Positions 1 through 15,000 of a DNA stretch of 64,000 nt are shown here, piece by piece. The stretch covers positions 442,800 through 506,799 of the forward strand of contig NMRA01000076.1 of NCBI GenBank assembly GCA_002633005.1, read 5' to 3'. Every line of letters begins with the position of its first letter. Within the stretch, counting starts at the first letter, position 1. The translations under genes and the position numbers were made by a program. The notes under the pieces are model-generated. The model searched no databases. It was not told where the DNA came from and saw nothing but the letters and a program-made list of their open reading frames with translations. The stretch is from Phoronis australis (taxonomy: Eukaryota > Animalia > Phoronida).

Positions 1-579
1 AAAAACGTTACTTTTCTATTTCTCTAACGCTCTTGACAATGTCATAAGTAAGTTTTTGCTATACCTAGTTTACATCATTTTACACAGTTCAAACCATGTT
101 GTGATTGAAGTAGAATTCTTTCCTATTTATCTTTTTAGACGCAAGCAAAAATAAAACTTAACAAGTCATACATAGGTTGTGCTTAGAAAGTCGCAAATTA
201 CAATAAACAATGAAGGGTTGGATATGTACCATACATTGGCTGGAGCAAAAAAATTGTCAACTTGCATTTTTGTCGCCAGTTGCGTTATGACATATCGAGG
301 TTGAATTTAGCACAAAAGGGAAAACTTTCCTCGATTTTTTCAGTTTTGACCGTAAAAATTGACACAAGAAGCACAAATGCTTGAACTGCTTCTTTTAACC
401 CTGTAAACAGTCTTCAACATCATTGTTTTGATTCAAGTTTCAAAAGTTAGAGGCAAAAATAAGCTTGTGAGATCAAAACTTACTTCTCACCCAGCATATG
501 TGTTTAGCTCTCATGAACCTACCTGAAATTAGGTGTATCAATACTTTTATTCACTGTCAGTAATCAATACTGTGTTTAC

Positions 580-642
580 CTGTTCCGATAATTCTGATAA
601 ACCTTCGCTGTTGTTCAAGGTAGGAGCTTCTTTAGTCATCAG
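580..642 (-). CDS. HOOK3: Second copy of HOOK exon 6 (probable other haplotype)
   Basis: Same sequence as 7749-7811, intact splice sites. Confidence 0.82.
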
Positions 643-1415
643 CTGCAAAATATAAAACAAGTATACAGTGACAAGAGGGAAAGATTTTTATCAGTTTGAG
701 GGCAACCAAGAAAATGTCGAAGATAGGGGAATTTTTGGCAAAAAGTGTGAGTGTAAGGAAAGAAACGCAAAGCACAGTTCGCAAGAAAGAATCAAGGTCC
801 TCTGGTGGCATCCTCTGGTGGTAACAATCTAAAGCAGCGCTATCCGCGGGAAAAGTGTTTTTCTGAGATCAGGCTCAACGTGGAATTAAACTCACAACTC
901 CAGCAGTTGTAGTCCAATGCTTTGCTGGCCTTGCTAAACCCTAATCAACGATCACAGAGCACTTTAAGCGTATTTCACAGGTAGTCACAAGCTTTGATTT
1001 TAGCGAATGACTGGCACAACAGCAAAAACTGGAGATTTGTAATAAACCACAAAAATGCAGCAATTTTGTTGTTTTATAGCTCTGGTCAAAACTAATAACT
1101 TCAAGAAGTCTATCCCATCCAACAATAATCCAAAATTGACTTTTGCGACCAAAAAGCAATTATGTCCCTTTAACGTAAAGTCATAAATTGCCTTTGCCTT
1201 TGCAACAAAAATTGATAACACGCACATGTAATTTTGTGAAACGTCTTACTGACCAATGAATCATGAGTTATCTAAAATTAGTGTTTTAATTACAGACTTT
1301 TTGTAAAAGACGAAATAAGGTATATTTTGTCCCACTTCTGTTGACACCAAGGCGCAAACCAGTTACGACAAAGCAGGAGATAAAAGACATCCCACAATTC
1401 CATGTTTTTCCCTAC

Positions 1416-1616
1416 CTCCTGTATGGCTGCCATGACAGAGTGCTGCACCGACTCTTCCAGTGCCATGATTCGCTGGATATACTCCTGCTTGTCCTCACAG
1501 TTGACTGCACAGCCCAGGATCAGCTGCAACAGACGACCCAACTCCGCTGTATCCACCACCTCTCCAATGGCCGCCACGTTGGGCATCTGGAAATCCAGGA
1601 TCTGTTGACCAAGCTC
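1416..1616 (-). CDS. HOOK3: Second copy of HOOK exon 5 (probable other haplotype)
   Basis: 201 nt, near-identical to 8523-8723 (GEVVD vs GEMVD), intact splice sites. Confidence 0.85.
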
Positions 1617-1824
1617 CTACAACAAAACCCAGATATTGCTACTCTGACATATCCTAGCGACAGAATCACCACAATTCTTAAGTACAGTAGTTTTGAAAAA
1701 ATTTGACAGACTTTTAGAACTGTCTAGCTCCATCAAGTTATGGCACGAAAAGAAAGAAATCATGAAAAAATTAACTATCAGTTGAATATCATTCACCAAT
1801 ATTTTGTCAACTTTTGACTAGCAG

Positions 1825-2349
1825 TAGCGAGGACAACATACGTCACCAAATCGCTTCGCGTATCTGTCACCGTGTAAAATTTGCACATTACAATCGGCAA
1901 AAAATCACTCAAAAATGCAATAAATGTGAATAAAAATTAATTCAAAGTATGAAATAATACGTTATTTTACTTAAATGTTAGTCTTTTTTCGTCGCAAAAT
2001 CCGTTTAATATTACTTTGCACGAGTTTTTTGCAGCAACGTGACCGACATTTCAAAGCAAAATGGTCGCCGGTAAAAACAACTGGTATTTGATTATCAACT
2101 CAGGAGAAGACTAAACTCTCAAATTTTGGTGTGAAACTTCGTGAACTTGTAGAGGAAACCCTTGCGCACGTTATTACGTAAGTATTTTTCACTTTCGTCG
2201 TCTTAAAAGTTGAAAAAGTTGCCAGTTCCCGCGACCTTCAACTTTGACCTGAATTAATTGGTACATTTCCTAATTTGCGCACATAATGAATCGTATTGCG
2301 CACTAAAGGGTTCATCAATGAACTATTTCAAACACTTGTTGCAAACGGG
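1825..2349. mobile_element. Left part of a TIR DNA transposon (hAT-like) whose right end is at 9464-9502
   Basis: Starts TAGCGAGGACAACAT; 9488-9502 ATGTTGTTCTCCCTA is its inverted counterpart (13/15). CTAGCAG flanks both ends (1818-1824, 9503-9509) and occurs once at the empty site (8925-8931). Confidence 0.75.
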
Positions 2350-3022
2350 NCATGGATAGCTCAATCTTCACTCGCATACTTTTTTAAAAGATTACAACTT
2401 GCTTTTACTCAAGAGCTTTGTAAACATGTGTAAACTCCCCAATTCAGATTTAGCCACAGCTTCTCAGACATGCTGAAATGCGCACAATTTTAGCCATAAC
2501 CTCCACTTTTTGTCAACAGGTGTCTCCAGCTTTGTCAATCGGAGCATGGCTTTTCAGAAAAGATATGCAGACAAGCCAACACCAAATGCACAAACTCATA
2601 ACTCAGTCAACATTGCACCAAACACTATCTCAAATTAATACATCAGTTGAACAACAGCTGTAAAGGTGGACGCTCATTACAGTCTAGTGAGATAGTGAAA
2701 GTAGCTCGCGAACAGCCAAAACAATAAAGATTTCATCTACTCGAACTAAGACACACAATTTTATGATTCAAGTCGACAAATTTAAGACAGCTTCAAAGAA
2801 AATAGGCTTAAGTTTTGACCAGTCTTGGGAGAAGTCAAGCCTAACACTGATATGATTTTAATTCAAGCAAATGTGTAGGTGTTCTAAAACATCGCAATTT
2901 CTAGGTTTTACGTTTTTGTGTAAAAGTGTGTGTCTTAAGTTAGTTACTTATTAAGTAGACCCATCACCAACTAATGGCTACAACCCAAAATCCACTCAGA
3001 GATGTACACGTATGCAAATTAC

Positions 3023-3092
3023 CCTGTTGAAACTGTGTCAATCTTAATTCCTCGTTAGTTTCCCGCAGAGAGTCTCTCTCGGCAACAATCCT
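3023..3092 (-). CDS. HOOK3: HOOK exon 13 ([23 protein letters not shown])
   Basis: 70 nt, conserved ERDSLxETxEELR. Confidence 0.9.
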
Positions 3093-6000
3093 CTGCAAAA
3101 GCAAATTTAAGTACAAATCAGAAAAGTAAGAAAAAACTTTTAACACAGGCAGTATCCAAAAAACTGTTGAGTCGAAATCCGCCTACTAGTTTCTTCGAAG
3201 TTATGTCAACAGTTGTGAAACAAGCAAAAGATACTAATTTGAAGTCAGCTGAAATTTTGCTCTGAAATTCCATGATATTCACTGAGAAGGTAGCTGTTAA
3301 TTTCTTTTAAAATACAGAAAACACAGGTGATGTTGAATGCATCTCATTCCTGTGTTCCACAGTATAACACTCCACTTTTTAACCAATAACATTACATCTT
3401 TCTCCCTCTGTATAGCCTGCATCTTCTCCTGCAGTCTCTTGATCTCGAACTCCGACTTGTCCGCCCTCTTGGTCTCCTCTGTCACCTTGCCCTGTAATTC
3501 CTGTAACTGTCTCTTGTACATCTCTATCTGAGACTTGAGGCTGTTGGCCCGGCGCAGCTCCTGCAATAGGCCAGACAATGATACCTCATGAACAAAACGA
3601 TGAAACGCAAGACAAATGTCAATGCATAACAGCAACATACGCCTTGTCAATAGATGGCGATAGGGTACCAAGTGGACAGCATTCTGCATTCTTGTATGGA
3701 TTTAATGCAGAGGGATATTTTGCAGTGCTTTTTACAAATTCTTTGCGACAATTATGCCACTTGCAAGGCTAATTCTTCGTACTATTATTGAATTGTTTTA
3801 TACTTGTGCTGTGACAAAAAAATGCCATCAAACTGCCAATGCCATGAGGTAGAACAGTCAATTCACACAGAAATAAACTTTAATTGTCAACCCGGCCTGT
3901 TTCGAACACCAGAATCACTAAGCGGATCAACCTCAGGACCCTTTGGTGCTCTGACAACATTGCATATACAGTAAAAGTCATAAGTATTTGAACAAAATGA
4001 TCCGGAATTCCCCCGTCATGACGACTGGGTGGAAGCCAAATTCATAACCACAGTCTTCTCTCATGACTCAATGAGAATGAAGGGGAATTACCTGGAAAGT
4101 TACTAAGGTGACTAAGCCATTCTGTAATTAGAATTGTGGAACCCTATCAAATATTGTAGGTAATTTTTCCCCTTAACGGAATTAGCCGTTACTACAAGAA
4201 AACGATACTTTGTCCGATTACTTTTGTCTTGTACTGTAGAATGTTCATTATTCACAAGCTGAGCTCCCAACTGTTTGCCCCAATACAGGTGTTCGTAATA
4301 GTAGCCAGGGGCGGATCCAGGATTTTTAGTTACGGGGTGCCAGGGCAGAGTATTAGCCAGGAATTTGCCCGTCAGATATTCGCACCCCCGAACTCCCAAA
4401 TGGAATGTGGGAGAATTTAAGGGAAGGGGGGTATGGCCTCCTTGGCCTCCCTCTAAATCTGCCACTGGTAGCATAAAAACTAATGCTTTAACTAATTTCA
4501 AACTCTATAGAAAATCTACCATCAGACACTACTCCCAAAGACTTCTGTCATTCAAAACATGTCAGAAGACCTTGAAAAACAAAAAAGAGCAATTTCAGCA
4601 ACTATATTTGTCTGATATAGAGACATTTTACCATACTTGCTAATGGTTAGAACGATCTGCGTGTTGATGGATAACCTTTCCTATAACTATATGAAAAGTT
4701 TTGAGACGTGTGTTCTGTGGATGAGTCACGAGGTTTGTAATTTGCGTTTTAGGCAATACATGTCAGTAAGACAGATAAGTCCCTTAAAGTACATTCAACT
4801 TCAATGCCCAGTCGAACACAAAGTACATCCACCTCATATATAACCATCCTTTACCTCTTCCAGTTCGACGGATGCCTGCATGTAGTTTGTATTTTTGTCT
4901 TCAAGTAGTTTCACCTGCCGCCTCAAGTCACTCAACTCATCTGTAAGTAAAGTGTGCAAATTATAATGTGCAAATACACCAAAGTGTAAATATTTGTCAA
5001 TCAACTCCAGCACACATGTTTCCCCCCTCACAAACCACATGCTTGTTCTCACATGGATAGATCTATTCTCGTGTAGAATTACTTGTGGGAAATAAGTGTT
5101 CATAAAGAGATTAGTGGTACGGGACGAAAGAAAACGCAGATTACTAGAAAACAATTATGCAAAACAGTGTTAGCTAGAACACCCACGTAATTCAAATGGG
5201 ACAGGCTAATTGAACTCTACTTCAAGAAGTGCATTGTGATCTTTCTGCAATACATTGCGTACAGAACCATGAAAAAAGTCAGGTATAGGTTCAAAATTCA
5301 CAGGTGAATAACTACGTGATATACATTACTTGGAAGGAACACACATATTAAGTCAAAATTGTCACTTTATAAAGATTTCGCTATTCAGTTTTATTACATG
5401 TATTCATCCCACAATTAACAGAGAATAAGAATAACAGCTTTCTATAACCCGTGTGTAATGATTAGATTTCCAGATAAACTGGTGCAATTTTATTCAATCC
5501 CATTGAAATTAGCAATTTTGCAACAATCAGACAACCTCTCAAATAATGACAAACCCCACCTACTTACCTAACTTTTTCTTGTATGCCTCTATTGTCGCCT
5601 CATACTTGGCCACCTTGTCAGATGAGTCACGCAGGACATCTACCTCATCCTTTAGTTGCCTGGCTTCCTGAGCTAGGCTGGTCAACTCATCGTTCTGAAA
5701 TCAGACGCCAAACAGTCTGGATATTTATCTGAGTCTAAAGCTACTGATAACCTGGCGCCCCTTATGAACGATTACTTACAACACCCTCCACTACAAAACT
5801 GGTCTCAACTTGTTCGTTACTGAGATGAGAAGTGGTTTTGGGGCTCGCAGAGAACTGGTAGTTTATTACTATTCAAGACCACGCTCAGCTCATCAACTGG
5901 CCCGGAATAACAAGGCAACTACTAGAACCCATTCTCAAGCAATAACAAACATCCAATTCTCCTCAAACACAAAAACTTCTCATCTGAGTAAGGAACACAT

Positions 6001-9000
6001 TGATACCAATTCCACAACAGAAAGACATAAAGCTATCCAATACATATCACCAAGTCATGACCTATATTCGACTCTACTTCAAAGTCCGCCTCTTTATACC
6101 ACATTATACTTTTCACAACAAATCAATCAGAAGTTATAGAGTAGTGCAAGGAACAGACAACCACACACACAGCACCTTAGACCAAAATGTCGGCCAAAAT
6201 ATAAGGACATGACCTACTTTGGTTTGTAGGTCGAGAGCCTCTCTCTCGTGTTGCTCCGCCTTCATGCGGTAGTCGTCCCTCGCTGCCTCCAAGCGGAAAA
6301 TCTCATCTTTGAGTTTGTCGACCTGCTGCTGGGCTTGGTGGAGCCTCCGGCCGGCCGGTGTCCTGGGACAAGATAGCCAACATATCAGTGGAAGAGAACA
6401 ATAAGGTTTCCACTTTCTATCAGAGGTCACTCAGGGACATTGACACAGGATAACATAAGGAAGATGCCATTAGATAAGACCATGAGATTTACACTAACGT
6501 GCTAACAAAAGGAGTGTAATCATACCGGTACAACATATAGGCCCCGGGGTCTTATCTATGAGCTAGATTCTAAAAATCAACCAATTCCATGGAATGCTTT
6601 GAGTGAACTTACACATTTGCACTTCAATCTTGTCACGTGATTGGCTGAGCTTTGAGTCTGAGTAAGAGTCAAGTCTGGCTCAAAGCTTGAATTGACATGA
6701 CTAGCAAATACTAACATTTAACAGACACTGTTTTTTTCTTGAAAACATGTGAGAATATCTGATTCCAATAAAACTACACTTGCAGCAAGGACGGTTACTC
6801 AACAAGCAGCAACACTGACAGTTGACTTACTCAGGGTCATCGAACCCGTCTGCCTGGTGTAGCCTCTCCGACATTCTCTCGTTCTCACTGACGAGGGCAG
6901 ATTTTTCATCTATTAATTGAGCAACCTGCAATGCAACAAACACTGGCATTAGCAACCAGCTCAAACAGCACACAGGGCAAATTATGAGTCCGAGTTTTCT
7001 GTCGTTAATTGCCAAGTTCAAGATATTATTCAAGTACTTTCCAGAACAACAGAATGAGCAGAACTGTAATCTCATAAATAAAAAGCGGATTTTTGAGAGA
7101 AGGCGCGGGTTTATTATTGTCCACTGATGACCCCACCTGGAATTCAACTCACCTGGAGATCCAGTTCATGACACCTCTGTGAGAACACTTCTTTTTCCTC
7201 CATCACACTATTCAACTCATCCATGGCTCGTTTTAGCTACAACAAAGCAGACACAACGTCTATCTTACACGTTATAGTAAATGTGTAAATATCACAAGAT
7301 GAATGTTAATTCATATGTTACTCTGCATAGAAATAATTGTGAAAAACGTTATTTTTCTATTTCTCTAACGCTCTTGACAATGTCGTAAGTAAGTTTTTGC
7401 TATACCTAGTTTACATCATTTTACACAGTTCAAACCATGTTGTGATTGAAGTAGAATTCTTTCCTATTTATCTTTTTAGACACAAGCAAAAATAAAACTT
7501 AACAAGTCACACATAGGTTGTGCTTAAAAAGTCACCAATTACAATAAACAATGAAAGATTGGATATGCACCGCACATTGGCAGGAGCAAAAAATTTGTCA
7601 ACTTGCATTTTCAAAAGTTAGAGGCAAAAATAAGCATGTGAGATCAAAACTTACTTCTCACCCAGCATATGTGTTTAACTCTAGTGAACCTACCTAAAAT
7701 TGGGTGTATCAATACTTTTATTCACTGTCAGTAATCAATACTGCTTACCTGTTCCGATAATTCTGATAAACCTTCGCTGTTGTTCAAGGTAGGAGCTTCT
7801 TTAGTCATCAGCTGCAAAATATAAAACAAGTATACAGTGACAAGAGGGAAACATTTTTATCAGTTTGAGGGCAACCAAGAAAATGTCGAAGATAGGGAAA
7901 ATTTTTGGCAAAAAGTGTGAGTGTAAGGGAAGCGAGTTACAAGAAACGCAGAGCACAGTTCACTAGAGAGAATCGAGGTCCTCTGGTGGCATCCTCTGGT
8001 GGTAATAATCTAAAGCAGCGCTGTCCGCGGGAAAAGTGTTTTTCTGAGATCAGGCTCAATGTGGAATTAAACTCACAACTCCAGCAGTTGTAGTCCAATG
8101 CTTTGCTGGCAGAGACTAAACCCAAATCAATAATCACAGAGCACTTTAAGCGTATTTATCTGGTAGTCACAAGCTTTGATTTTAGCGAATGACTGGCACA
8201 ACAGCAAAAACTGGAGATTTGTAATAAATCACAAAAATGCAGCAATTCTGTTGTTTTACAGCTCTGGTCAAAACTAATAACTTCAAGAAGTCTATCCCAT
8301 CCAACAATATTCCAAAAATGACTTTTGTGACCAAAAATGACTTTTGTGACCAAAAACCAATTATGTCCCTTTGACGTAGTCATAAATTGCCTTTTGAAAA
8401 CAGACCTTTTGTAAGATGCGAAACAAGGTATATTTTGTCCCACTTCTGTTTATGCCAAGGCGCAAACCAGTTATGACAAAGCAGGAGATAAAGACATCCC
8501 ACAATTCCATGTTTTTCCCTACCTCCTGTATGGCCGCCATGACAGAGTGCTGCACTGACTCTTCCAGCGCCATGATTCGCTGGATATACTCCTGCTTGTC
8601 CTCACAGTTGACTGCACAGCCCAGAATCAGCTGCAACAGACGACCCAACTCCGCTGTATCCACCATCTCTCCAATGGCTGCCACGTTGGGCATCTGGAAA
8701 TCCAGGATCTGTTGACCAAGTTCCTACAACAAAACCCAGATATTGCTACTCTGACGTATCCTAGCAACAGAGTCACCACAATTCTTAAATACAGTAGTTT
8801 TGAAAAAATTTGACGGACTTTTTAAAAATGTCTAGCTCCATCAAGTTATGGCACAAAAAGAAATAAATCGTGAAAAATTAACTATCAATTGAATACCATG
8901 CACCGATATTTTGTCAACTTTTGACTAGCAGAGACTGCATGAACTTTTGGGAACTGTATGTTGTTAAATCCAAACTGACAAGATGAGAATAATCCGTTAC

Positions 9001-12000
9001 AGAGTTTTATACACCTGTCTATAGGAACTAAATTTAGCAAACTAGAGCAATCGTCAGCGTAGTTATTCAAAAATTCTTACCTCATTATAAAAGGCCAGGA
9101 TTCCATTGAGTATTTTCTTGAGATTGCTCACCTGCAAACACATGCACAGTAATAAAACCACAAATTGTAAAAGTACAGCAAACAATATAAACTACGGTAA
9201 GATGTGATAAATGTACGACAAAATAGGATGGACAAGCGATTTTTTTCATGAATGACAAGTGACACATAACGACACACGTCATCGTAATATGTTCAAACCT
9301 CAGCTACCATTACACAATAACTTCAGAAATTGTGGGCATTCCCAGCAACGTTAGAAACCTTTGAAAATGAGAATATTAACTTTAGCAAATATTTTTGTTG
9401 AAAATTGGTGAAGATCTTACAGTACAATTATTCGTAAATGTGCGTGTCAATGTACGGGAAGGNCACATTTTCTAAAATTTTTGAAAAATGTTGTTCTCCC
9501 TACTAGCAGAGACAGCATGAACTTTTGGGAACTGTATGTTGTTAAATCCAAACTGACAAGATGAGAATAATCCGTTACAGAGTTTTACACACCTGTCTAT
9601 TAGGAACTAAATTTAGCAAACTAGACCAATCGTCAGTGTAGTTATTCAAAAATGCTTACCTCATTATAAAAGGCCAGTATTCCATTGAGTATTTTCTTGA
9701 GATTGCTCACCTGCAAACACATGCACAGTAATAAAACCACAAATTGTAAAAGTACAGCAAACCATATAAACTACGGTAAAATGTGATAAATGTACGACAA
9801 AATAGGATGGACAAGCGATTTTTTTCATGAACGACAAGTGACACATAACAACACACGTCATCATAATTTGTTCAAACCTCAGCTACCATTACACAATAAC
9901 TTCAGAAATTGTGGGCATTCCCAGCAACGTTAGAAACCTTTGAAAATGAGAATATTAACTTTAGCAAATATTTTTGTTGAAAATTGGTGAAGATCTTACA
10001 GTACAATTATTCGTAAATGTGCGTGTCAATGTACGGGAAGGAAACCAGAGTCATTCAGAAAACATACAATCCTGGGATGGCTATTCTTCAAGTTCATTAT
10101 AACCATAAAATCAACTTTTCACAGCAAAGTCTGAAAATTTCCTGTCTATTAATCTTTTTACTGCATAGATGACAAGAACAACAGAGAATTTCCTGTTTAT
10201 CAACTTTTCATGACATAGATCACAATGAAATATGGGGAACTTCCATCACGTGGAATTTTGTAGAAACCATCTCTGACGACTGACAAAGACAATTGAAATC
10301 TGCTCCTTTCACTATTTCATGGACTGAGTCCTGATGTATACTTTTGATACAAAAGGAATTCCATAATTTCACACATCAATAAATTAAATTGTGCAAAGTA
10401 ATTGTGAAAATTTTCATTTTTCAATTTTTAAATTGCTGTTTACCTTCCTGCATATAATTGCAGCTTCACCAAACACCTTTGGACATCAACCTAATCACTT
10501 GCAAATAAAATTATCTGAACTATTACATTTCCGCACAGGTCGTGGTGACCTTGAATGAAAGTGACAGCATTACACTCCATCATTGTTCTACAATATTTGT
10601 TTACCAATCCTTACACACATGTCCCTCCATGTATTGGGCTTGAGCTGCTAACTGCCCCTTATCATGCTTGTTATCATGGGTTGATGTAAACTGTAGTCAA
10701 CTGAATGTAATCATATGGCTAAACACAGCTCAATACATAAGTATGTGAGACACACTTACATAAGTGGTGGATTAGAGGCTAATCTAGAAAAGTTAACTCC
10801 AAGGACAACTACACTGACCAGATAAAATTACTCAGCCGGAACTACACAAACTTTTATTTCTGAGATGTAGACTAGTGAGGTATATCACACAAGAAGTAAA
10901 AATGTTAAAAGAAAAACAGAAACAATAAGTTAGCTTTTCGTTAAAAAACCAGATAACAGGTTGATCCTTAAAATTACTGATATTTCAATGACACACTCCA
11001 ATTATATATGTATGACAATCAACTTAGGCTCAATTGTCAGACCATGAGCAATAAAAGTGACGCTGTTTCCTGCTGCTTGAAGCGCATCACGCAGTCAAAT
11101 ACTTTGTTCCCAGCATAGAACATCAGAACACATCAAATGATAATCAAGAAACCACATGCCAACAATGAATAACTTCTCGAACCAAGGCACAACAAGAACA
11201 TTATACAACGTCAAAACTCACTACGTTCAGACAAAAAATCTTCCCCAAGTTGCTCTACCAATTTTAGGAGACATAACATCGATGCACAGGGTAAAAGGTA
11301 TTAAGCAAAAAAAACCATGAAGTTGATGCTTTTAAGCATTTTCACTTACGAACATGAAAATGGTCAATAAAATTTCATTAGTTTCAAGAGCCACTCGTAA
11401 TGCCATTGGGTTAAAAACCATCCCAATGTTCATGCTGACTTTCATAAGTAAACCACATGATTAAGCAACAGTGCTGCTGGGTCAGAACCAATACACACTG
11501 CAGTGCTACTGGTGATACATAATGGCTTCCATACTGAAACCTATCATCAAGGGACAAGAGGATTTATCTCAACAGCTTTCTAATGAGTAGTAATTAGGTT
11601 GGACAATATGGAACCCAGATCAGGAGCTCAGATAAAGGGTACCACAATAAACCTCAGATCATGACACAGACTTGGGGTTGTGAAGGACAAGGAATCCAGA
11701 CGCACTAAATTTAAAATTGCTTGCTACCTAAATATGCACAACAAGAAAGATTAAGACAGTGAGAAATACTAAACTATCCATATTCAGATTATCAGAGATT
11801 TTATTTTGAGGATTTATATAAACATGGTCATGTTACTCATAACATTGTTTCGCTATGAATACACCTTTCTTTTTGATAAATTTTAATTAAAATATATGTT
11901 CAAGTGACCCAAATACACAGTCAAAAAATCAAAATCTGCAGGCTTTCTACTTTCAGAAAATATAGTACTTAAACTGAGTTGAAATTTATAACTTTGTACA

Positions 12001-15000
12001 TACCTGTATTTGCTACAGTACACGGGTGTGTATTTATTAGAATCTGCATAAATCCTGTAGATTACTTATCAAATCAAGATGACCTCACATACAATCCCAG
12101 CAATTGTAAGTAAATAACCCCCCTCCCCTATTATCTACAGGAAATTAATTAACAGCAGTTGCCCTGTTTCTATCAACATCTCTGATACCACAATACAAAT
12201 TCCATCATCACTGACCCCCATTGCAATCAGCATATGTAGAGATATAGAAAACTGATTTTACTAAATGTAACGGTATAATAGCGAGTCACCAATTCTCTGC
12301 AAGCCAGCAATCCCAAACCATCATTAGAATTCGAAGGCATCTCACATTCCATGACAATACCCTCACTAACACTAACAGCAGTTTACAAGCCACTTGTGTT
12401 AAAAAAATGCTGTCCAACACTTTAAGTTTAATAACACAATTAACAAATATAAACCACGCTTTGCTTTACATAAACCCTCTGCTACACAATTACTGTACAG
12501 CTCTATGTTCACACAGGCAGTTGATCCAACAGCAAGTTCACTTTAGGGCAACGTGACCCTTATCAACTGAGTGCAACAACCTGCCCTGATCAGGGTTTGT
12601 AATGAGTAATGAAAAAGAAGAAAATTTTCCAGGAGATGTATTGTTACATAGTAGCCTTGAGTGATACAAATATTTGTTGTCGTAAAATTTAAGTGAAATA
12701 AATGCTTTTGCATGAATAAAGTAAAAATAATGATAAAAAGACAAAAAGAGGAAACTGGGACTCAAATAAGATGAAAGTGAAACTAAAAAAGAGGAAATTC
12801 TCTTAACCAAACGATGAAAATTCCAACCACTATATGACATAAATGTGGCTCTGGGTGCATGACATGGATGGAAAGCCCTAATACACTCAAGTGCTTAGCT
12901 GATAACTGTCTCAGTCCACACGCGGAAATTTGAGGTCTGAAAAATTGCTGGGATGCATTTTGCCCAACTCCGACAAGATGGAGCAAACTGTCACCGTCGT
13001 CAAATTGTACCAACTTAACTATTGTAGCACATGGCCACTTGCACCTGGTCATCTCGTTTCAAGGACAACCTCCACTATCGGGGAAGAGCTCGTGCGAACA
13101 CAACTTCTGCCTCTGACCTTAACTGTCATTGATGACCAAATTTCGTTAAAGACACGCGCCATGTTGCATAAAACAAACCCAAATAGAGACTCAACTAAGT
13201 TCCCAAATCTTTTGCATAATTGTGTCATTTTTTACTAAGAGATGTAATGTTTTTCCATCACGTTATCTGTGATATCAGCTCCTTTTTCACTAATTATAGT
13301 TTCTAATAACATAATAACAATCAACGAAAACTAACAAGGACTTAGTCACCGACTTATTTTCAATAAACATCGAATTCAATGAAGACTTCACTCTTGATTG
13401 ATATCAAAGACAAAGAATGACTCAGTAATGAAAGTAAAACAACTTAAGACCGGACAATCAGTGTTTCCACACTTCCACACATACACAGTGAATTTAGGGC
13501 ACTTGGTCGATTCCTTGTTGGGACTGTTCCATGCAACCAGGCACAGGAACTCTAAGTAATGTGTATTTGTCTTCTACATTTCGGATCCGAAAACAAGAAG
13601 TAAAGATTGTCTTACTTTCAGCCTCCAGTTATCCCCGCAGTCTGTTTTGATTTTCGACATCCACTCGTCTGTGAAAAAGTCTGGAGAACTAAATACAAAA
13701 TGAGAAAAAAATCGTACAGAGCAAGAAGCAAAGCTAATCATCCATGACACTACTGAAACATTTGCTGATCCCTGCATATAAAAAAGAAGTAAAACATCAG
13801 ATCAGAAGCATTCTTGATTTAAAGCTTTATAATCAACGCTCCATATCCGCACTTATTCAGAATACAGAAATATCCTGAGACTGCTATTTTACAAATTCAA
13901 ATAATCCAAGTTCATACCACCAGCTGTTTTGTTTCCATTTAGCACAATGTGTTTAATCAGTTTAATCAATTCCACGTTTAGTCTGTCTTCAAATCCAAAC
14001 ATTATAATGGGCATAAATTTTAGATGGATAAAAATTTATCTTTCACAAACAAAAACCTCGTACATTTGCTGAAGAGCTTGCGCCATTGCTATGCCATCAG
14101 ACAGTTCCTCTGCCCTGTTACAGTCAGCATCCAGGTTAAATGTCCTCAGCTGCAAATAACAATAAACACATTAATTTAAACAGGCTGTTCCTGGGTTTCA
14201 TTGAACTGTAATCCAATATGTGAACTGGTCAACTCTCATTGCCAACTTGAGTGTATTGAAGAGACTACTGTTTAAATGCAAGGTAAAGGGGTTCACCCTG
14301 AGGAAAAATTCAAACACGGTGCAATTCCGCACCATGTTTTTGAGTCCTAATTTCCTTGCTGTTAAATCAGAAAAACAACAAGTTACACATTGTTTTCATT
14401 TGCTGGGCATGTCACTGTCATTTTTAATGCAAAACAATAAAATAAGCACCACTAGCAATGTCATTTGTCTTGCTCTGGCTTTTCAAACATGGCTTAAGAT
14501 TTTGAACACGGCTCAAAGCTTTTCAAACATGACTCAGGCCTTTTCAAACATGGCTCAAGGCTTTTCAAACATGGCTCAGGGCATTTCAAACATGGCTCAG
14601 GGCTTTTAAAACAAGGCTCAGGGCTTTTCAAACATGGCTCAGGGGTTTTCAAACATGGCTCAAAATTTCTAAACATGGTGCAGGTGTAAGGACAACACTG
14701 CCTCGAAAAGAACTTATCTAGACTGTTGTTCATAGTTATATCATAGCATCACCTAGTGTTCGTCCCGGAATGCACTTTCATAGCATAAGAAACTAAATTT
14801 TATCAAAAAATTGACGAATAGTTTAAGCGGCATTAAGCGCTGTTGGAATGTAAATATTCATCAATGAACCATATTTCTGGTTGATCTCAATTTCTTACTC
14901 GAGTGGGATGATTCGGCCAGTAAATGTGGAATACTGGAATAAACGCTGAACAACAAAAGCTTTTTTTAAACCAAGGTCCTATTCACAGCATTACTTACGT

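Larger units (their letters stand above)
1..1824. repeat. Duplicate of ~7341-8931 (HOOK exons 5-6 region)
   Basis: Collinear, high-identity match with scattered SNPs and two indels (~170 bp near 270-440 and ~95 bp near 1195-1290). Confidence 0.9.

Noticed and set aside
9081-9710. Mutually exclusive duplicated HOOK exon 4
   Set aside because: Identical peptide, flanking introns also duplicated, and the boundary coincides with an N and a split transposon; better explained as haplotypes.
12178-12191. tRNA-Met PBS-like TGGTATCAGAG on the - strand
   Set aside because: No adjacent LTR or gag sequence recognised; probably chance.
14220-14733. ORFs with SNMAQGF / EPCLKSP repeats resembling SPRR/cornifin proteins
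   Set aside because: They are translations of a 21-bp intronic minisatellite; no gene structure.
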